Shown here: positions 63,942 to 64,000 of the stretch, piece by piece | Layout of the letters: every line of letters starts with the position of its first letter | Numbering within the stretch: the first letter of the stretch is position 1 | NCBI GenBank assembly: GCA_903813345.2 | Contig: CAIIXF020000001.1 | Coordinates: forward strand, 42,408,001-42,472,000 | DNA from: Owenia fusiformis | Lineage: Eukaryota | Direction of reading: 5' to 3' | DNA: 64,000 nucleotides | The notes under the pieces: generated by a model | Seen by the model: only the letters and a program-made list of their open reading frames with translations | The model's database searches: none | Told to the model about the DNA's origin: nothing | Program-made: the position numbers and the translations under genes

Positions 63942-64000
63942 GTGAGTAAAACCTTAAGTTCTTTTTAGTCATCTTGACGGTTTTCAAATGTTGCCTCTCC

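Overview
AT-rich eukaryotic genomic DNA with GT-AG introns. The repeat and gene content suggests a marine invertebrate, possibly a lophotrochozoan (inference). Two host genes are visible. One is a class A GPCR with a single coding exon (44916-46175, +). The other is the first four coding exons of a neprilysin/ECE (M13) metallopeptidase (61618 to beyond the window end, +). The first 4.2 kb is the right part of a Kolobok-type DNA transposon: three spliced transposase exons (+, frameshifted near the C-terminus) converge on an intact, intronless, Cys-rich KolX / P2X7-ballast-like ORF (-). The rest is dense with often nested, mostly non-autonomous elements whose ends and target-site duplications (TSDs) can be read directly. 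These include a Harbinger-like family (3 copies), CAC-ended Transib-like elements with 5-bp TSDs (2 families), a TGT-ended Ginger-like family (2 copies), CAG-ended elements with 5-bp TSDs, Tc1/mariner MITEs and fossils, Kolobok MITEs, tRNA-derived SINEs, and a Helentron-associated (HINE) element inserted into its own family member and carrying a higher-order satellite-like array. All calls were made by eye and no searches were run. Superfamily labels rest on terminal motifs and TSD length.
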